The translations under genes were made by a program, and so were the position numbers. DNA of 64,000 nt from Eledone cirrhosa (lineage: Eukaryota). Below are positions 1 to 10,215 of the stretch, piece after piece. The stretch spans positions 68,138,001-68,202,000 of the forward strand of contig OZ024741.1 of NCBI GenBank assembly GCA_964016885.1, in the 5' to 3' direction. The notes under the pieces were generated by a model that worked only from the letters and a program-made list of their open reading frames with translations, did no database searches and had not been told where the DNA came from. How positions within the stretch are numbered: position 1 is the stretch's first letter; each line of letters opens with the position of its first letter.

Positions 1-1832
1 ATGTAGTCCTGTTGTGAAATGTCTGTGTGTTCAATTATGTAAGTCATTAGTTTCTTGTTGTGTGTGTTTATTGCCGTGCATTTGTTTTTCTGGGGGTGGG
101 GTGTGGTTCTGCTATTTTCTTGTCGTTGTTGCTGGGTGTGTGTGTTTTGTTGTTGTGTTTGCGATGTTGGTGCTTGTGGTGGTGGTGTTGAAGGTGTTGT
201 TGGCGGTGGGGTTGTCGCCGGTGGCGATGGTGGTGCTGGTGTGGGTGGTGATGGTGTTGGTGGTGTTGCTGCTGTGGGTCTCTTTGCAGTAGACTTTACC
301 CTTTTCTCATTTCTTTCCTCCCTTTTCAAAGGCGACGATGCGCTGCTTCTGCGTTTGTGCCTTCTTGCGACCTTTTGCCATCCCTCTCCCACCTCACACT
401 CCATGTCTGATTCTGTAAGGTCGGGGAGGGGTACCAGCTCCACTCTTTCACTTGTTGTTGTTGGTGATGTTTGCACTGGAGTCTCTGTTGCAGCTGCATT
501 TGGTATTGCTGTTGTTGTTGTTAATATTTCCACTGCTGCTGCTGTCTTTGATTTCCGTGGAGTGGGTATGGGTGCCACGGACCTATCGTTCCTGGTTGCC
601 GCTTGTCCTGTTGCTGGTAGCCGTGGAGCCGGATTCGGAAGGAGGGGGGTTTTCTCCTTTCTCAGGGTCTTCTCGTTGCAGAAGGCCCTGAGGTGAGTCT
701 TCGATCCACAGCGAAAGCATTTCGGGCGTTTGCCCTCAACACTTATGGGCAGTTGAGTGCCGTTATCGAAGTCTATCACATCCGGGATAGCTTCGATGCA
801 CTCCTGGTTGGTTTGGATTAGCATCTCAATGGAGGAGCCGACCCAATCTTCTCTTACTTTTTTCTGTACTTGCAGTACAGTTGTTTTGTCCTCGATTCCG
901 ACGAGGACAGACGCGGCCAGCCAAGAAGGGGTCATTCCGGGGGGGACGTGGGTCAGTTTGACCCTCACAATTTTTTGCCCGCAGTAGGAGGGCACCAACA
1001 CCATTTCCTCGCTCCTTAGGGTCACTACTGATTGGGCCTTTGCCTCCTGGGGTGTGGCAAAAAGTACGTCTACGGTGGCGTATTTTTTGCCTCGGGTGAT
1101 GTGCGTTTTCCTCTGCCACACAGACCCCAAGGCTTTTTGTATTTGGGCCTCTGTGGCTCTTTCCACCCTACGGGATTTTGTACTTACTGTACGGTACGTG
1201 ACCGTACAGTGCTCTTGGGTTTCGAAAAAATTTTTCGCTGCCTTGCAGATTGCTCGGTGTCCGTTCTTTGTCACCATCTTCTTCGCTTCCTCTAATTCCT
1301 CATTTGTTATGAGGATTGTTTCCAAGTTTTTCGCAATACCTGCAAATGAGATTGGTTTTTCTCTGCTGTTGTTGTTGTCGTCAGAGCTGCTGGTACTTTT
1401 GTTGCTGCAGGTACTACGACTACTGCCTCCGCCGCTGTTGCTGTGGTTGTTGTTGGTGTTGCTGCTGCTAATGCTGTTGTTGTTTATGCTGCTGGTGATG
1501 CTGTTGCGGCTGCTACTGTTGTTTTCATTGTCACTGTTGCTGTTGTTATTACGGCTGCTACTGCTATTATTCCTGACGTCAGACGAATGAACTGGGTTTT
1601 CGTATTTCCCGCACACCTGTTTCGTCGCTGTCGTCGTCGTCGTGGAGAAACCTTGCACGCTTTGCACGAGACTTTTCTTTTCTTTCGTCGCTTGCGAAAG
1701 AGAAGGGAGGGAGAGAGACACATTTAAAGAAGGGAGGGAGAGAGACAATCTTCTCTCTGCTGTAGTGATGATTGAGGAAGAAGAAGACGGAATGAGTGGG
1801 AGTGACGTATGAAATTTCTTTTTGGTAGCCAT
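1..1832 (-). CDS. Tx1-type ORF1 protein, >610 aa, open to the window edge (N/S-rich N-terminus, RRM-like core, CCHC zinc knuckle, P/T-rich tail)
   Basis: Manual translation from ATG 1832 (MATKKKFHTS...) finds no stop before the window edge. It contains VERATEAQIQKALGSVWQRKTHITRGKKYATVDVLF and RPKCFRCGSKTHLRAFC (CX2CX4HX4C). It is absent from the ORF track, presumably because its stop lies outside the window. Confidence 0.85.
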   Translation of the reverse strand, partial: MATKKKFHTSLPLIPSSSSSIITTAERRLSLSLPSLNVSLSLPSLSQATKEKKSLVQSVQGFSTTTTTATKQVCGKYENPVHSSDVRNNSSSSRNNNSNSDNENNSSSRNSITSSINNNSISSSNTNNNHSNSGGGSSRSTCSNKSTSSSDDNNNSREKPISFAGIAKNLETILITNEELEEAKKMVTKNGHRAICKAAKNFFETQEHCTVTYRTVSTKSRRVERATEAQIQKALGSVWQRKTHITRGKKYATVDVLFATPQEAKAQSVVTLRSEEMVLVPSYCGQKIVRVKLTHVPPGMTPSWLAASVLVGIEDKTTVLQVQKKVREDWVGSSIEMLIQTNQECIEAIPDVIDFDNGTQLPISVEGKRPKCFRCGSKTHLRAFCNEKTLRKEKTPLLPNPAPRLPATGQAATRNDRSVAPIPTPRKSKTAAAVEILTTTTAIPNAAATETPVQTSPTTTSERVELVPLPDLTESDMECEVGEGWQKVARRHKRRSSASSPLKREERNEKRVKSTAKRPTAATPPTPSPPTPAPPSPPATTPPPTTPSTPPPQAPTSQTQQQNTHTQQQRQENSRTTPHPQKNKCTAINTHNKKLMTYIIEHTDISQQDY

Positions 1833-2045
1833 GTTTTTTTGTTTAAAATGAAATTTTGGGTACAAAACCCCAATAACTGGTTATTTAACCCCGAAGGGCC
1901 AAATAACGGACAGAAAGACCCCTCTCACGAGGAGGAGGGTGTCTTTATCAACAGTTTGGTTCAAGTTTTAAACAATTTACAATTGTTTTAACGGTTAAAA
2001 ATTACTATACCTTACAGAGCCGAGCCTCCGTCAACCATGGCATTC
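1..2045 (-). mobile_element. Tx1/L1-clade non-LTR retrotransposon, copy A: 5' UTR plus ORF1; the rest runs off the left edge
   Basis: ORF1 is homologous to the ORF1s at 7167-9099 and 10216-12166, which precede APE-RT ORF2s. An approximately 210-nt 5' UTR starts immediately after the (ATT)n tract (2046-2092 read on the minus strand). Confidence 0.85.

Positions 2046-2092
<47 letters not shown>
2046..2092 (+). repeat. (AAT)n microsatellite between Tx1 copy A and the Dong-like element
   Basis: Pure AAT run read directly. Confidence 0.98.
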
Positions 2093-5000
2093 GAGCTGGA
2101 ACTGGAGGAACTGAGCAGAGAGAATGGCTTGGAGATGGCGGGTGTAGTATGCCAGACAAGCGAGCCGGCGGGAAATGAAGGTGAGGAGGTCCTGAGAACG
2201 GAGGAACCACCCGAAGCAGACAATGATCTGAATACTGAGATAAATAATACCTGGAACAGAGATACGGTCACTGAGGAGATGAATGCTGACGGGCTAGGAC
2301 AAGATTCGGTTGACATCCTAAATTTAGTGGTAGATGAGTTGAACAATGATAGTGGGAGACCTATGAACCTAAGATTTGTAGACAGGAAAAAGTTAAAAGA
2401 AACAACAGCTAAGGTAAACAAAGTCATCCCATACCTTGAGGCGAGGAGTCTTCACCAGTGCAACAATATCCTCAAAGCAACAGCAAATACGGTGAGGAAA
2501 CTACTTGGTATAAAAGCGAGAGGAAACAACAGACAAGAAAGAGCAGAGCCGTGGTGGAGGAAGCGACTGAGTGGGCAAATCGGGGAAATGAGAAATGACA
2601 TAGGAAAGCTTGAGTCACTACTGAATGGGACACTAAAAAACATAGGCACTAAAAATAGACTGGAAATAAAATACAAAACTAGGAGTAAAAAGCTAAATAT
2701 TATCATAGAGGAATTGAAGCAACGCATTGTAGCAAAGAGTGCCAAAATCAGGCGATACGAGAACAGAGTCAGTCAGTATAAACAGAACCGCATGTTCGAC
2801 AACAACCAGAAGATGCTGTTTGGACAGCTTGAGGGGAAAGAAAGAGGCAACGACTTGATCCCTGGGGCGGAACAAGCTAAAACATTCTGGAGAGGAATAT
2901 GGGAGCAGGATGTTAGACACAATGCCCAGGCAGGGTGGATTGAGACAGTACAGAGGGAGATCGGTGAGCAGGCACAGCAACAGACTGATTTGAGTATCAC
3001 AGTTGAAACTCTTAAGGGGCAAGCCAAAAAACTAACCAACTGGAAATCACCAGGCCCAGATGGTGTGCAGGGGTATTGGATTAAACATTTAACATCCCTC
3101 CACCCGAAGCTGACGGCCATGTTCAATGACTGCTTGGTGTCGGGTGAGGTGCCAGAGTGGTTGACAAAAGGTACCACAGTTCTGATAATGAAAGACCGAA
3201 TCAAGGGTAATGATGTTACCAACTATAGACCTATCACATGTCTGCCCGTAATGTGGAAACTGTTGACGAGCATTGTGTCTGAGGAAATCTACCATCACCT
3301 CCACACAAACAACTTGTTGCCGGACGAACAGAAAGGATGCCGAAAGAAGTCACGTGGTACAAAGGACCAGTTGCTTATTGATAAGATGGTAATGGGGAAT
3401 TGCAGGAGGAGACACACTGATCTTGCCATGGGATGGATAGACTACAGAAAGGCATTTGACATGGTGCCTCATTCCTGGATCACCAAAAGCCTGGAGATCT
3501 TCAGGGTGGCAGATAACATCAGACAGTTGCTGGGCAGGAGTATGGGGTCCTGGGAGACAGAGTTGACATCAACTGGAGTATCCTTGGGAAGCGTGAAGAT
3601 CAAGAGAGGTATCTTCCAGGGAGATAGCCTGTCCCCTCTGTTGTTTGTCCTTGCCCTGATGCCCTTGACCATTATGCTGCGAAAAGTGAGAGCAGGATAC
3701 AAGTTGGGAAGGGGAGAGCTTACCATCAATCACCTCCTCTTCATGGACGATCTTAAGCTCTTCGGGAAAAGTGAGAAGGAGTTGGATGTGCTTGTTGACA
3801 CTGTCCGTATTTTCAGCAGTGATATATGTATGCAGTTTGGTATTGGTAAATGTGGAGTCATTGTGATGAGGAGGGGTAGGTTGAGCAGAAGTAACGGGAT
3901 CCAGATACCAACAGGTGAGATGATAAAGGAAATTGACTCTGAGGAAGGATACAAGTATTTGGGCGTTCTGGAGGCTGATGGCATAAAGAACAAAAAAATG
4001 AAGGAATTGTTAAGAACTGAATACATTCGGAGAGTAAGAAGCGTATTGAAGTCACATCTGAACAGCAGAAATGCCATAAGCGCAGTAAATTCCCGAGCTG
4101 TGTCTATTATTAGGTACAGTGCGGGAATTCTGAGATGGAATGTTGCTGAACAAAAAGAAATGGATAGGAAGACTAGGAAGCTATTGACTATCTACAACAT
4201 GTTCCACAAGAGGAGTGATGTCGATAGACTCTACCTAAGGAGATCTGAGGGTGGAAGAGGTCTTATCAGCATAGAGGACTGTGTTCAGATGGAGAAAAAC
4301 AACCTATACAAATACGTGACCTATAGTAAGGAGCCAATGCTCAGAGCTGTACTGAAGGAGGGGACAGTAGGCCAGGGGATACCCAAGGAGGAAATAACAT
4401 CAAGGAGGAAGAGCAGCCTTAAGGGAAAATCCCTTCATAGTACCTTCTTTGAGAAAACTGAATTTAGAGATCCACAGACATGGAACTGGTTGAGAAGAGG
4501 AGACCTCAAAAAGGCTACAGAAGGAATGCTAATGGCTGCGCAGGAGCAGGCCCTCAAAACGAAGTGGTTGAAGCACCATATCTACAAGGAGGAGGCTAGC
4601 CCACTGTGCAGGATCTGTGGAGAGAGAGGGGAGACTGTGGCTCACATTGTGTCCGAGTGTAAACACCTAGCCCAGACCCACTATAAGGGCTGGAGACACG
4701 ATGTGATGGGCAGGGTGATCCACTGGCACCTGTGCAAAGTAAACAATCTACCACATTCTGAGAAATGGTATGAGCATAGGCCAGAGGCGGTGATGGAGAA
4801 CAGTCAGGTGAAGGTGCTGTGGGATTTTAGGATACAGACGGACAAAAAACTGGAACACAATAGACCTGACCTGGTGGTTGTGGACAAAGAAAAAAGATCG
4901 TGCCTGATTGTGGATGTGGCCTGCCCGTTCGACACGAGAGTGCAAGAGAAGGAGAGGGAGAAAATTAACCGATACCAGGACCTAAAGTGGGAGGTGAAAA

Positions 5001-5253
5001 GGATTTGGAACTGCCATGAAGTCAAAGTGATCCCGATTGTCATAGGCGCACTGGGGACTATCTCCAAAGGTTTCCAGGGATGGTTAAAGAAAATCGGCCC
5101 CTTCACGCTTTTTGGAACGCTTCAAAAGGCATGCTTGCTTGGAACGGCAAGAACCCTCCGATACGTCCTGAATATCTGAGGCTGCAGGTAGTGGCTTGAT
5201 ATTCAATCCAACGGACTTTCCAGTTAACCAACATCAATGACTGAGATTCAAGG
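2093..5253 (+). mobile_element. R4/Dong-clade non-LTR retrotransposon (RT + CCHC + RLE), 5'-truncated, flanked by (AAT)n on both sides
   Basis: The reading frame opens right at the TAA junction (ELELEELSRENG...). A short 3' UTR of about 75 nt is followed by AATAAC/AAT repeats at 5254-5284. Dong-like R4 elements are known to target (TAA)n. Confidence 0.88.
2129..5179 (+). CDS. Reverse transcriptase / restriction-like endonuclease polyprotein (R4/Dong type), 1016 aa uninterrupted
   Basis: RT motifs KSPGPDG, NYRPITCL, DYRKAFD, RGIFQGDSLSPLLF and LLFMDDLKL. Zinc knuckle CRICGERGETVAHIVSEC, then RHD. RLE motif NRPDLVV...IVDVACP...EKINRY. The TTG start in the track is not a true start because the element is 5'-truncated. 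Confidence 0.93.
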   Translation: MEMAGVVCQTSEPAGNEGEEVLRTEEPPEADNDLNTEINNTWNRDTVTEEMNADGLGQDSVDILNLVVDELNNDSGRPMNLRFVDRKKLKETTAKVNKVIPYLEARSLHQCNNILKATANTVRKLLGIKARGNNRQERAEPWWRKRLSGQIGEMRNDIGKLESLLNGTLKNIGTKNRLEIKYKTRSKKLNIIIEELKQRIVAKSAKIRRYENRVSQYKQNRMFDNNQKMLFGQLEGKERGNDLIPGAEQAKTFWRGIWEQDVRHNAQAGWIETVQREIGEQAQQQTDLSITVETLKGQAKKLTNWKSPGPDGVQGYWIKHLTSLHPKLTAMFNDCLVSGEVPEWLTKGTTVLIMKDRIKGNDVTNYRPITCLPVMWKLLTSIVSEEIYHHLHTNNLLPDEQKGCRKKSRGTKDQLLIDKMVMGNCRRRHTDLAMGWIDYRKAFDMVPHSWITKSLEIFRVADNIRQLLGRSMGSWETELTSTGVSLGSVKIKRGIFQGDSLSPLLFVLALMPLTIMLRKVRAGYKLGRGELTINHLLFMDDLKLFGKSEKELDVLVDTVRIFSSDICMQFGIGKCGVIVMRRGRLSRSNGIQIPTGEMIKEIDSEEGYKYLGVLEADGIKNKKMKELLRTEYIRRVRSVLKSHLNSRNAISAVNSRAVSIIRYSAGILRWNVAEQKEMDRKTRKLLTIYNMFHKRSDVDRLYLRRSEGGRGLISIEDCVQMEKNNLYKYVTYSKEPMLRAVLKEGTVGQGIPKEEITSRRKSSLKGKSLHSTFFEKTEFRDPQTWNWLRRGDLKKATEGMLMAAQEQALKTKWLKHHIYKEEASPLCRICGERGETVAHIVSECKHLAQTHYKGWRHDVMGRVIHWHLCKVNNLPHSEKWYEHRPEAVMENSQVKVLWDFRIQTDKKLEHNRPDLVVVDKEKRSCLIVDVACPFDTRVQEKEREKINRYQDLKWEVKRIWNCHEVKVIPIVIGALGTISKGFQGWLKKIGPFTLFGTLQKACLLGTARTLRYVLNI

Positions 5254-5284
5254 AATAACAATAACAATAATAATAATAATAATA

Positions 5285-5562
5285 GGCGCTCTGGGAATGA
5301 TACCTAAGGGGTCTAATGACTACTTATCGCAAATCCTAGGAAACCCGCGTATAGGAGAAATACAAAAGATAGTACTAATGGGAACTGCCCATATACTAAG
5401 GAAGATTCTGTCAATATAAGTACATCACAAGTCTAAACACTAAAGATGCATGTGTGAATATGTATGTTCTTTCTTGAACATGGCGGACATTGTTGTCTCT
5501 TGAGGTCACTGGTTGTGACTTGGTGATAACTCGTGTGAACATAAAGCAAGATAAATGCAACT

Positions 5563-5563
<1 letters not shown>
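5285..5563 (+). mobile_element. Extreme 3' fragment of a second, divergent R4/Dong family (C-terminal ~45 codons plus 3' UTR)
   Basis: IGALGMIPK...EIQKIVLMGTAHILRKILSI* aligns with IGALGTISK...TLQKACLLGTARTLRYVLNI* of the upstream element. Its 3' UTR is different. It is bounded by (AAT)n on both sides. Confidence 0.82.

Positions 5564-5595
<32 letters not shown>
5564..5595 (+). repeat. (TAA)n microsatellite between the Dong fragment and the 3' end of Tx1 copy B
   Basis: Read directly. Confidence 0.97.
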
Positions 5596-5598
<3 letters not shown>

Positions 5599-5840
5599 TT
5601 TTTATTAACCACAAGGGTTTACATAAAGTAGACATTAAGGACAGTACAGGACAATACAGGACGGTACAAATGGGCATTTCTGCGTGTAAAAAAAACAGAG
5701 GTTGTAATAAAAAATAGCAATGAAAGATTCCCCAATAGGGGGGAGACTTCCGAGGGACATTTGTGGAAAAAGCCCATTAAAAGGCCACAGTGACCCTGAC
5801 CACCAGGGCAAGTACCCTCTCCCAGTTTTCCACCTTTAAT

Positions 5841-7130
5841 TTACAGACAGATACTCAGAGTAGGCCAATTCACACGGGCCATACTTGCTTCTCTCACCCA
5901 TCTTTCAACAAAATGCTGGGAAGAGAGCACTTCCCTCTCTACCCTGATTTTCCTTTTCAAATGAAATTTGAAAAAGTTAATCAGGGCATCACCGAATAGG
6001 TAAGTGCTCGTCTTCAGCCCTTTCAAATGTGTCCACTCGGGCCCATTGGACGGCTTTTGTACCCTCGTGTTTCAGAGCACGCGCTCTAGCTCTGACAACG
6101 CAGCCTTCGTGTTTTGCGTTGAAGAATTGGTCGAGTGCCAGTCTCGCCACAAGCACGTCGGTTACAATGCCTGTCCTAAACGCCTCTTCTAGCTTTCTGA
6201 CTAGCTCTCCCTCTACTCTATTTTCCTCTATCACTACTCCTTTGCTAAACCTAATCCACTCTACTTTAATTGCCCTTTTCAGGGCGAACCACCACCTGTT
6301 GTTGACGACCGCTCCCGTCAACGCCCGCTTAACTAATACGCTAATCCGGTCTCTGTAGGCTTTGCGCGCCGGGAAAGACGCGTTCAGCTTCCAGTAACCA
6401 GGCCCTTGTCTATGAAGTCTGCCTATGTCGATCTCACAGATCACAAATTTGTGGTCTGTGTAGTCGACTATTTTAAATTGTGGACAACTTATACTAGCCT
6501 TATCTAGTTCTCTGCAGAATACCCTATCGAGATACGATCTGGATGACCCGATACGGTTTGTCCATGTCCACATTGGCACATTCGGGTGATCCAGTCGATA
6601 CCTGTCAGACAGTTCAAAACGTCTGAGCAGGTTGGTGAGGCTCTTTCACCCTCCTCCCCTATCCATTAGCCCCACATAATCCCAGCGTGCATCCAAGATA
6701 CCGTTCCAGTCGCCCACTAACATTAAAGAGCGGGACGTTCCAAGAAAGGTCTCTAGACGTCTTAAGAAATCTGCTGTTCTGTCCCTGTTGGGGCGTAGAC
6801 GGCTACTAGCCTGAAAGCATTGCCTTCGCTGCCGGTCACGTCCAGCACCACCGACTTACCTTTTGGGTCTAGGAAGATGGCCAGTATGGCGAGATCCAAG
6901 CCTCTCCGAAAAAGGACGGCAACCCCTCCCCCCGATCCTGGACGGCTGGGAGATGCGTATACATCGTAGCCGCCGAAGATCGGTGCGAAGGCTTGTGCTT
7001 CGGAGATTCTGGTCTCACTGATGGCCACCGCATCTATGTTTAGTGACCTGAGGTCGTTGAGCAGGTGACCCTGCTTCCAAGATGACCCCAGGCCACGTGC
7101 ATTTATACTGCCTATTCTGAGTACGGCCAT
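5841..7130 (-). pseudogene. Disrupted, RT-deleted ORF2 of Tx1 copy B (APE endonuclease fused to the C-terminus)
   Basis: APE motifs SINARGL, ISETR, GDWN, SYLDR, TDHK and GYWKLN. No RT motifs. Confidence 0.85.
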
Positions 7131-7166
7131 GTTGGTTGAGAAACGGGGCAAGTGAGAAAGGGTCAC

Positions 7167-9099
7167 TTACCTTGATCGTGTGGTGATGGGACAGTAGAAC
7201 CGTCCCTTTCGCTGGTCATGGGTGTTTCCAAGAGGATGTCAGAGTATATCCTCTTGGTAACCGACCCTCTGAAGTCTCCAACTGCGTTGGGGAATTTTTG
7301 TTTTAAAGGTTTGTACTGTTCTATTGAGATTTCAATGATGCTTATGTTTGTCGGGAGAGTTCTTGGTGTTGGTGGGGTGTAGTATTTTTTTTGTGATGTC
7401 TGTGTGCTGCTTTATATATTGTATGATTTCTTTTTTTGCCATGTTTATGGCTGTGTACTTTTTGGGGGGAGGGGTGATTTTGTTACTGTTTTCTTCTTGT
7501 TGCTGTTTGGTGTGTGTGTTTTGTTTGCGTTGTTGGTGTTTTTGGTGATGCTGGTGGTGGTGGTGTGGTTGTTGTTGTCAGTGGTGCTTGTGGTGGTGAT
7601 GGTGATGGTGGTGGTGTTGCTGAAGTTTCCTTGCTGCCTTTACCTCTTTTTGTATGCCTTCGCTTTTGGAGGGTGAATCTAAGGGGTTTTTTTCTTGCCA
7701 CTTCACTCCCGCCTCAAACTCCATGTCGGATTCCGTGGCGTCTGGGAGGGGTATGTGCTCCACAGCTGTTGGTGGTGGTAGTGGAGCCCTCTTCGGCAAT
7801 TTTGTTGCTGGTGTAGCTATTTCAAATGATGCTATTGGTGTTGCCGCCACTGATACTGCTGCTTTAGTTGTCCGTGGCCTTGGTACGTGTGCCACGGACG
7901 TTTCCCTCCTATTCACCGTGGAAGGGGCTTCTGCGTTGGTTGCCTGCCCTGCTCTTGGTAGCAGCGGACCAGGTATTGGAAGGAGAGGAGCCTTCTTTTT
8001 CGCTGTCTTCTGCGGGAAAAAGGTCCTGAGGTGACCCTTCGACCCACAGAGATAACATTTTGACCGTCTTCCTTCTACGCTTATAGGGAGTTGGAGTCCT
8101 TCTTCGATGTCTATGATATCGGGAATAGCGTCGATACATTCCTGGTCAGTTTGTATAAGCATTTGCATTCCTATACCTGACCAATTCTCTCTCCCTATTT
8201 TCTCTACTTACAGCATGGACGTCCTGTTCTCGATTCCAGCAAGGACAGACGCGGCCAGCCAAGGTATGGGCACGTCGGGTGGGACCTAGGTCACTTTGAC
8301 CCTCGCAATTTTCTGCCCGCAGTAGGAGGGCACCAAGACTATCTCCTCACTCTTTACGGTTTCCAAACAGTGAGACTTTGCTTCCTCGGGGTGGCGAAAA
8401 GTACGTCTACTGTGGCGTACTTTCTGCCTCGGGTGATGTGGGTTTTGCGTGCCCAGACGCACCTCAAGGCCTTTTGGATTTGAGCCTCCGTGGCTCTCTC
8501 CACCCGATGTGAGATTTTGCTTACGGTGCGGTAAGTCACCGTCCGTAGCTGCTGGTCCTTGAAAAAATCGGGTGGAGGTTTCAGGGAAACTCTATTGGCG
8601 CTTCTTGTCCTTCTTGTCACCATAGCCCTTGCGACTGCCATCTCCTCTTCTGTGACTAACACTGTCTCGATATTTCGGGCGAGACCTGCAAAAGAAGTGG
8701 TCCCTTTTTCAGCAGCACCACTATCGCTGCCGCTACTGGTCTTACTGGTGGTGCTGAGATCGTTGTTACAGGTATCAATGTCATTGTTGATGTTTTCGTT
8801 GGTACAGTTGTTGGTGGTGTTGTTGTTGTTTTCGTTGATACTGTTGCTGTTGTTACTGTTATTGTGGCTGTTGTTATTATTGTTGTTTTTGTTGATACTG
8901 TTCCTACTATTATTGTTGTTGTGGCTATTGTTATTGTCATTGTTATTGTCGTTCTCGACCTTACCGCTGTTATTTTTGTTATTGTCGTTCTCGACTTTAC
9001 CACTGTTATTTTTGTTGTTGCTGTTGTTATTGATGGCGTTGTTGTTGGTGTTGTTGTTGGTGTTATTGTTGGAGTCATAATTAATCGTTCTTTTTATTA
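7167..9099 (-). pseudogene. Disrupted ORF1 of Tx1 copy B
   Basis: Track fragments 8354-8662 and 7578-8168 are homologous to copy A ORF1 (VERATEAQIQKAL; CYLCGSKGHLR). Frameshifts and a TAG are present. Confidence 0.8.
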
Positions 9100-9979
9100 G
9101 ACGTTCTCGGAGAGATCCTGGGCGTCGAAGAAAATCAGCTGTTTGTTCTCTTCCGAACTTTCAGCCCAGGGCCTATGGATAACTTCCAGAAATCACTGGC
9201 CTGGCAGTGCTACCGGGGAGCTTTGCCTGTTTTCGAGATAAGCTCTACAGGCACGAAAGTGCCTGTAGAGCCTGTCCGAGATGAGCGCAGAGCTACGAAA
9301 CCGTCGTGCACGCACTCGTTGTGGAGCTATGTCGAACAGTGGCTGTCGCGTGTAGACTGATCCGGTTATCAACTGAGTCGATTGTGCAGATGGTATCGCC
9401 GTCTTCCTTCGAGGAGGAAGGGTAGGCGGTTTTCATCTGCCTGGTGGCCATGGCGAAACTGATTGTGTGGTAGACAAGGTTAAAAGGGTTAAAGACAGAC
9501 ACTTTCCTCTTCGGCGAATCCCTGATTAACTTTTTCAAGTTTCACTTGAAGAGGAAAATCAGGGTGGAGAGGCAGGTGCTGTCTTCTAGAAAGTTTGTTG
9601 AAAGGTTGGTGAATGTAGCGAGAATGGTCCGAGTGAACGGGACCGCTCTGAATATACGTCTGTAGTTTGAGGAATGGGAAAAAATTGAGAGAGGGCGCTT
9701 GCCCTGGTGGTCAGGGTGGCCGTGGTCTTTTGTGTGGTTTTCGCCACGAGTAACCCTCGGAGGTTTCCCCCCCCTATTGGGGAATTTTTCATTGTTTGAA
9801 TTTTCATTTTTATTGTTTATATATATATATATGTTTCTATGTCTTTTTTTCTTTTTCGTTTCTTGTATAAATAATAAAAATCTTTATACGAACAAAACCC
9901 ACATCGTACCGTCCTGTACCGTCCTGTGCTGTCTGTAATGTTTTTCTTGGTATCAGCCCTTGTGGCCAATAAAGAAATC
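9100..9979 (+). mobile_element. Tx1/L1-clade copy C: 5'-truncated 3' fragment of a related subfamily
   Basis: Homologous to about 15020-15837 (MDNFQKSLAWQCYRGALP; NFFKFHLKRKIRVER). Ends AATAAAGAAATC followed by (ATT)6. Confidence 0.88.
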
Positions 9980-10215
9980 ATTATTATTATTATTATTGGC
10001 GACCTACCTAGTAAATCGTATCATCGTGAGCTCCGCAAAGGTTTGTTATTTTCAGTTATTTAAAATTGCCATTTATGGAAAATTTTTATTGTTAACTATA
10101 TATAAGTGCACATACATTGATTTCTGAAAAGGACACTCAAAAATATTGGGACCTTGAGCCCAAAATTTAAACTTTTTATAATTATCAAACAAAAAATGTT
10201 TTTCTTTGAAAAATA

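Larger units (their letters stand above)
5596..9099 (-). mobile_element. Tx1/L1-clade copy B: 5'-truncated ORF1, APE endonuclease, internal deletion of the RT domain, intact 3' UTR
   Basis: The 3' UTR and ORF2 C-terminus are nearly identical to 15402-15837. The EN start MAVLRIGSINARGL matches 12201. The sequence jumps from the equivalent of 13291 to the equivalent of about 15407 at about 6033. Confidence 0.9.

Noticed and set aside
14-1727. Plus-strand V/L-rich 'membrane protein' ORFs (also 7348-9100)
   Set aside because: They are antisense shadows of the low-complexity Tx1 ORF1 on the minus strand.
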